A DNA stretch of 64,000 nucleotides. Source: Acidobacteriota bacterium. GTDB taxonomy: Bacteria; Acidobacteriota; Aminicenantia; Aminicenantales; Saccharicenantaceae. The notes under the pieces were generated by a model. The model was given only the letters and a program-made list of their open reading frames with translations, was not told the DNA's origin and did not search any database. The translations under genes were made by a program, and so were the position numbers. The DNA is taken from NCBI GenBank assembly GCA_028749205.1, contig JAQULR010000002.1, positions 59,644 to 123,643 of the forward strand, given 5' to 3'. This document shows, one piece after another, positions 59,993 to 64,000 of the stretch. The stretch's first letter is position 1. Each line of letters starts with the position of its first letter.

Positions 59993-60601
59993 TTAATATA
60001 AGTCAAGTTTTTCCTCTTCCGTTTCATTTTCAGTTCCCTTACCTCGATTTTTTATCTGTTTTCCCTCCTCGAGCCTGAGTCTTAGATATTCTCTTCCTCG
60101 GCTAATTCTGGCCTTGACAGTTCCAACCGGCAATTTCAACAGCTCAGCTATCTCTTCCTGAGAAAAGCCTTCTACATCTTTCAGGATAACCGGAATCCGG
60201 TATCGGACATGAAGCTTACTTAGAGCTATCCTGATATTTCGCATCAGGCCCGGGTCGACACCGTCCTTAGAATAGCTGCCAGAGGCATATTCGTTGTTTA
60301 TTTCTTCCAAGGGAACTGTGGCTCTCCTTCTAATTTTTTTCTTCTCAGTCTTAGCTAAATTAGCAGCTATGGAATATATCCAGGCAGAAACCGGAGCAAT
60401 TGGCCGGTATTTTTTGGCCTTGAAATAAACCCGGCAAAAAGTCTCCTGAGCCAGGTCAATTGCTACTTGGTAATCGCCTGTTGCTTGATAAAGAAAATTG
60501 ACTATCCGGTCTTTATATAAGGTCATAAGCTGGCAGAAGGCGGCTTCATCCCCTCTTTGTACTTTCTCCATGAGTGCCTGCTCATCCATCTTCTTATCCA
60601 T
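59993..60601 (-). CDS. RNA polymerase ECF-type sigma-70 factor
   Basis: Sigma70 region 2 and region 4 (ILKDVEGFSQEEIAELLKLPVGTVKARISRG); start uncertain (ORF open to 60691). Confidence 0.8.
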   Translation of the reverse strand: MDKKMDEQALMEKVQRGDEAAFCQLMTLYKDRIVNFLYQATGDYQVAIDLAQETFCRVYFKAKKYRPIAPVSAWIYSIAANLAKTEKKKIRRRATVPLEEINNEYASGSYSKDGVDPGLMRNIRIALSKLHVRYRIPVILKDVEGFSQEEIAELLKLPVGTVKARISRGREYLRLRLEEGKQIKNRGKGTENETEEEKLDLY

Positions 60602-60728
60602 TAACCACCTGCATTGAATAAAGTTGCATCTTGACAGTACTCCCTTAATAATATAGCTAACCTTATGGATGTCAAAGCCCGGAACCGGCAACCAGTTGGA
60701 GGCCCGTTGTCTATATCAAGAAGCTTAA

Positions 60729-60755
60729 GGGAACTTTTTTACTCAAAATTCCGTC
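60729..60755 (+). promoter_or_regulatory. ECF-sigma-type promoter GGGAAC-N17-CGTC upstream of the second sigma gene
   Basis: GGGAAC at 60729-60734 and CGTC at 60752-60755, ~17 nt before the GTG start at 60772; matches the sigmaE/sigmaW-type AAC...CGT architecture. Confidence 0.5.
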
Positions 60756-60771
60756 TATCAGGATAGATTGC

Positions 60772-61326
60772 GTGGAAATACAAGAAATCATAAAAAATTG
60801 CCTCCAGGGAGAAAATGGAGCCTGGAAAATGTTAGTTGACCTTTACTCGAAAAAGATATTTAACCTGGCCTACCAGTTCTCTAGTAGCCCTCAGGAGGCA
60901 GAAGACCTGACTCAGGAGATATTTTTGAAGCTTTACCAGGTCCTGGATAAATATGATTTTGAACGCGATTTTACTGCCTGGTTTCTAACACTGGCCAGAA
61001 ACTATCTGATCGATGAAATCCGAAGAACTAGAAAAGAGAGGTCAAATCGGGCTGATTTTGAAGAAGCAGTCTTGATTGCTGCTGAATCCGACAGTCCGGA
61101 AATTAAATATTTAGGTCAGGAAAAAGGCCAACTGATCAGGTTGGCTTTACAGCAACTTTCTCCTGAATTAAGAATAGTCCTGGTTTTAAGGGAACTTGAA
61201 GGTTTCAGCTATGAAGAAATTGCTTCCCAGTTAAAACTTCCCCTTGGAACAGTCAAAAGCCGAGTTAACAGGGGGAAAATTCAAATTGCTCAGGCTATCC
61301 TGGAAAAAGCCGGAGGCCAATTATGA
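60772..61326 (+). CDS. RNA polymerase ECF-type sigma-70 factor (GTG start)
   Basis: Region 2 (DLTQEIFLKLYQVL..FTAWFLTLARN) and region 4 (LRELEGFSYEEIASQLKLPLGTVKSRVNRG); 4-nt overlap with anti-sigma gene. Confidence 0.85.
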   Translation: MEIQEIIKNCLQGENGAWKMLVDLYSKKIFNLAYQFSSSPQEAEDLTQEIFLKLYQVLDKYDFERDFTAWFLTLARNYLIDEIRRTRKERSNRADFEEAVLIAAESDSPEIKYLGQEKGQLIRLALQQLSPELRIVLVLRELEGFSYEEIASQLKLPLGTVKSRVNRGKIQIAQAILEKAGGQL

Positions 61327-61856
61327 AGTGCCAGGAAGCACGTTTTCTTTTTACCTCTTATCTTGAGGGCAGCCTGAAATCCAAGAAAAAAAATGAGCTC
61401 GAAGCCCATCTGGCTCATTGTTCTGAATGTTCCAAACTCTTGGGAATGGTTGATAATCTCTCTCAGGAATTAAGAAACCTGCCAGATCTGGAGCCATCAT
61501 CTACACTCATTAATCAACTCTACCTGATCCCACAGAAAGCCTCCGCCCGGCAAAAAATCTTTGAAAAAAAGAAGCTTTTTAGCTGGAAATTCTGGCTCAT
61601 CCCAGCCTTTCAACCTGTCTTAGCTTCGCTGACTGTGGTTTTAATCGGTTTATCGCTAATATTTTTCACCTCTCCCGGGAAAAGCTTCAGAAAAACTGTA
61701 AATCTCGAGCTCCACCGCACCTACAGCTTAGCTCAGAAAACTCTGGTTAAGGTTGGAATCCTCAAGGACAAAATTGATGGTTACCGTGAAAACTTTATAG
61801 CTTCTTTTGAGGCTAAAAATCTTTATAAATCCGAAAACCATAAAGCGGAGGATTAA
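61323..61856 (+). CDS. anti-sigma factor with zf-HC2 zinc finger and one TM helix
   Basis: HLAHCSECSKLL motif near N-terminus, single TM (LASLTVVLIGLSLIFF). Confidence 0.7.
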   Translation: MKCQEARFLFTSYLEGSLKSKKKNELEAHLAHCSECSKLLGMVDNLSQELRNLPDLEPSSTLINQLYLIPQKASARQKIFEKKKLFSWKFWLIPAFQPVLASLTVVLIGLSLIFFTSPGKSFRKTVNLELHRTYSLAQKTLVKVGILKDKIDGYRENFIASFEAKNLYKSENHKAED

Positions 61857-61857
61857 A

Positions 61858-62361
61858 TTGGAAGAAAAAATCAAAATTGAAAAAAAACCGGCCAAGTCAC
61901 CCGTTCTAGCAGGGATATTTTCTGCGATCTTCCCGGGAACCGGGGCTATTTATAATGGAAACTACCTTAAAGGTATTTTATTTATCATTATTTTTGCTGG
62001 CCTGGTATCTATTCAGGGCCGAGGTGGCCAACCGTTTGTCGCTATCCTTCTGGCAGGATTCTATTTTTTTCAGATCATAGATGCTGTAAATGAAGCCAAT
62101 AAAATTTCGGCTATCAGTCAAGCCGGAACTAACACCAAGACTTCAACCTCATTGGAAGTTGAGGCTGAAATATCTCAACCTGCTGGTTCAATCTCGTGGG
62201 GAATAATCCTCATTCTTTTGGGTGGCTTATTCCTGCTGGCTAATTTTGAGGTCATTAATTATGACGATTTAATCAGATACTGGCCTCTGATTCTTGTTGG
62301 TCTAGGCTTAAAGTTGCTGGCGGATTATTATTCTGGCAAAAAATTTAGCAAAAAATCTTGA
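61858..62361 (+). CDS. small membrane protein: TM2-like N-terminal motif plus LiaF/DUF5668-like TM hairpin
   Basis: TTG start with GGAGGA RBS right after the anti-sigma stop (the ORF-track ATG at 61807 would overlap 50 nt); SAIFPGTGAIYNG...KGILF motif; C-terminal WGIILILLGGLFLLAN...WPLILVGLG repeated in next ORF. Confidence 0.5.
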   Translation: MEEKIKIEKKPAKSPVLAGIFSAIFPGTGAIYNGNYLKGILFIIIFAGLVSIQGRGGQPFVAILLAGFYFFQIIDAVNEANKISAISQAGTNTKTSTSLEVEAEISQPAGSISWGIILILLGGLFLLANFEVINYDDLIRYWPLILVGLGLKLLADYYSGKKFSKKS

Positions 62362-62371
62362 GGAGGAAAGA

Positions 62372-62623
62372 ATGTCCAAAAAACATAGAGAGAATCTCAT
62401 CTGGGGTATTGTTCTAGTAGTTTTAGGTGGAATTTTCTTGCTGGAAAATATAGGAATTCCTGCCTGGCGATTTATTTGGAGACTCTGGCCTCTGATCCTG
62501 ATTTTTTGGGGAGCTTCCAAACTTTACTACGGACTTAAGGCTAATAAAAACCAGCCAGAAAAGAAAGAATCAAGCATAACTCAGGCAGAAGTGGTAGACG
62601 AGGATAGAAAAGATGAGGCCTAA
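62372..62623 (+). CDS. small membrane protein with LiaF/DUF5668-like TM hairpin
   Basis: WGIVLVVLGGIFLLEN...WPLILIFWG, paralogous to the C-terminus of the preceding ORF; GGAGG RBS. Confidence 0.5.
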   Translation: MSKKHRENLIWGIVLVVLGGIFLLENIGIPAWRFIWRLWPLILIFWGASKLYYGLKANKNQPEKKESSITQAEVVDEDRKDEA

Positions 62624-63908
62624 GGAAATTGTTTTACTCCTTCTTATCATCCTAATAGGAGTCAGTTTTTATTATCTGGAAGACCTGAGAGTCAGAGTTG
62701 AGGACTGGGATATTGATTTCCCTTTTGAGGGAAGCTCCTTTATTTTTGAAGAACAGATAACCGAACAGCCGGTCCCAATCTTAGAAATTATCAACAGCCA
62801 TGGCAGTGTTCAAGTTGAAGGAACCGACAGCTCGGAAATAATAATTATCTTAGAAAAAAAAGTCTGGCAAAAAAATGAAGGCCAGGCCAGAGAAATTGCT
62901 GAGGAAATAAAGCTCCTAAAAACCAGAGAAGCTGACCGGCTGGTTATAACCACTAATCAGGAAAGCTTCAAAAAAAAGAGATTCACTACCAGTTTCAGGG
63001 TTAGACTACCAAAAGAAACTGCAATCCAGGTTAAAAATTCCTTTGGGCCAGTTCGTATATCTGGTGTCGAGAGAGTAAATCTCAACAACCCTCACGGGCA
63101 GGTTGATCTTCTGGAAATCTCAGGCCCGGCCAAGGTGGTTAACTCTTTTGAGAAGTTGTCGTTAATTGATATTGGTGGAGAATGCCAGGTAGAAACTAAA
63201 CATTCCTCAGCTATTCTTAGTCGGATCGATGGAGCCGTCAAGATAGATTGTTCTCATGAAGATTTAGAGCTTTTCGACCTGAAAAGCTCTTTAAGCTTGA
63301 ATTCTCAACATACCAGAATCAAAGCTGCCAGGATTGCTGGTCCGTCTGAGATTGTAAGTAGCTATGAACTAATCACTCTGAATCAGTCTGGACCAGCGGT
63401 TATAAAAAGCCACCATTGCCCTGTGGAAATTGTAGAATTAGAAGGTGACTTGGAGCTCAAAACCACTTATGAAAGAATAAGACTCGAAAAAATAAAAGGG
63501 AATCTGAAAATAGAGGGTAAGAGTTCTAGAATTGAATTAGACGGCTTGGAAGCTGAAAAGATTCAGATTGATAACTCTTATGAGCCAGTTAAACTCGAGA
63601 ACTTTAGGGGTCAACTCGATCTGCGTCAGAAGCATGCTGACATTATTTTAAGCCCGGTCAGCCTTGATTTCCCAATAACTGTCACCAATGAATACGGAGA
63701 TACCGATTTTTATTGGCCTAAAAATCAGATTGCCAATCTGGAAGCCGAGACTAAGGGCGGAGAAATACACTGGGAACTTCCTTTTTCTCCCGATCAAAAC
63801 TTCACTAATAGTAAGGCCATGGTTAAAGTTTTTACTGGAGCTGAAAACCGACCAAAAATCAGACTGATAACCACTTATGGTCATATCCGTTTTCTGAACA
63901 AAGAATAG
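62613..63908 (+). CDS. DUF4097-like (putative adhesin / LiaF C-terminal-type beta-helix) membrane-anchored protein
   Basis: N-terminal TM anchor, then many short repeated beta-strand units (VxIxxxxGxVxxE-like) typical of DUF4097; 11-nt overlap with the upstream gene. Confidence 0.5.
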   Translation: MRPKEIVLLLLIILIGVSFYYLEDLRVRVEDWDIDFPFEGSSFIFEEQITEQPVPILEIINSHGSVQVEGTDSSEIIIILEKKVWQKNEGQAREIAEEIKLLKTREADRLVITTNQESFKKKRFTTSFRVRLPKETAIQVKNSFGPVRISGVERVNLNNPHGQVDLLEISGPAKVVNSFEKLSLIDIGGECQVETKHSSAILSRIDGAVKIDCSHEDLELFDLKSSLSLNSQHTRIKAARIAGPSEIVSSYELITLNQSGPAVIKSHHCPVEIVELEGDLELKTTYERIRLEKIKGNLKIEGKSSRIELDGLEAEKIQIDNSYEPVKLENFRGQLDLRQKHADIILSPVSLDFPITVTNEYGDTDFYWPKNQIANLEAETKGGEIHWELPFSPDQNFTNSKAMVKVFTGAENRPKIRLITTYGHIRFLNKE

Positions 63909-64000
63909 TTAAGGTATCCGAGGGCCAAGGCTTCAGCTAACGAACTGGTAGCAAACAGAAACCTTCACCTTAACCCGGCGAGAATTCTTCCTTTACTCTG

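Noticed and set aside
1-64000. CRISPR arrays, IS/transposase, integrase, phage or toxin-antitoxin modules
   Set aside because: No regularly spaced direct repeats with unique spacers and no transposase, integrase or phage-like ORFs were found. The recurring repeat copies are dispersed single units, not arrays.

Overview
This 64-kb window looks like mostly core chromosome from a Gram-negative (diderm) bacterium of moderate GC (lgt/lspA, OmpA and two TonB-dependent-receptor-like outer-membrane proteins are present). There are about 49 protein genes and one tRNA-Leu(CAA). No rRNA, CRISPR array, transposase, integrase or phage gene was found.

Gene content, in order along the window:
- OPT oligopeptide transporter (5' partial) and def-fmt.
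- M23 peptidase and a short-chain dehydrogenase.
- A TCA module: acnB (minus), then icd, mdh and sucC-sucD.
- A secreted MBL hydrolase and an OmpA lipoprotein.
- A secreted peptidase cluster (M14 carboxypeptidase, ChaN+PDZ lipoprotein, C69/Ntn dipeptidase) next to an EF-G paralog.
- rluD-lgt-lspA-ileS.
- nadB-nadC diverging from tldD-pmbA.
- Nitroreductase, an MFS transporter and a Ca-binding-repeat secreted protein.
- An amino-sugar locus (ROK/ASKHA kinase with a novel N-domain, nagB, a Na+/solute symporter, a FGGY kinase), a GS-family enzyme, a NamZ/DUF1343 lipoprotein and a large transglutaminase-like lipoprotein.
- Nudix CoA pyrophosphatase and 4-OT tautomerase.
- Two tandem 917/1030-aa receptors with CarboxypepD_reg N-domains, then tRNA-Leu and trmH.
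- An envelope-stress locus: a His-less (inactive) HtrA paralog, an anti-sigma factor and an ECF sigma on the minus strand, diverging from a second ECF sigma, a zf-HC2 anti-sigma, two LiaF-like small membrane proteins and a DUF4097 protein.

The most striking signal that no gene explains is a family of at least 10 related intergenic repeats. They are built on the imperfect palindrome CCTGGATTATTT-N2-6-AAATAATCCAGG, often extended by CTGCTTTATTCC...GATAGATTATTC...GGGGAAA. The copies share a single chromosomal orientation, and most sit 25-50 nt upstream of minus-strand start codons. This is either a REP/MITE-like element or the operator of an unrecognised global regulator.

Other points worth a second look: the EF-G paralog has the catalytic His of the DTPGH motif replaced by Tyr; a sigmaE-type GGGAAC-N17-CGTC promoter sits directly in front of a GTG-start ECF sigma; and there are candidate operators in the acnB-icd and nadC-tldD divergent regions.
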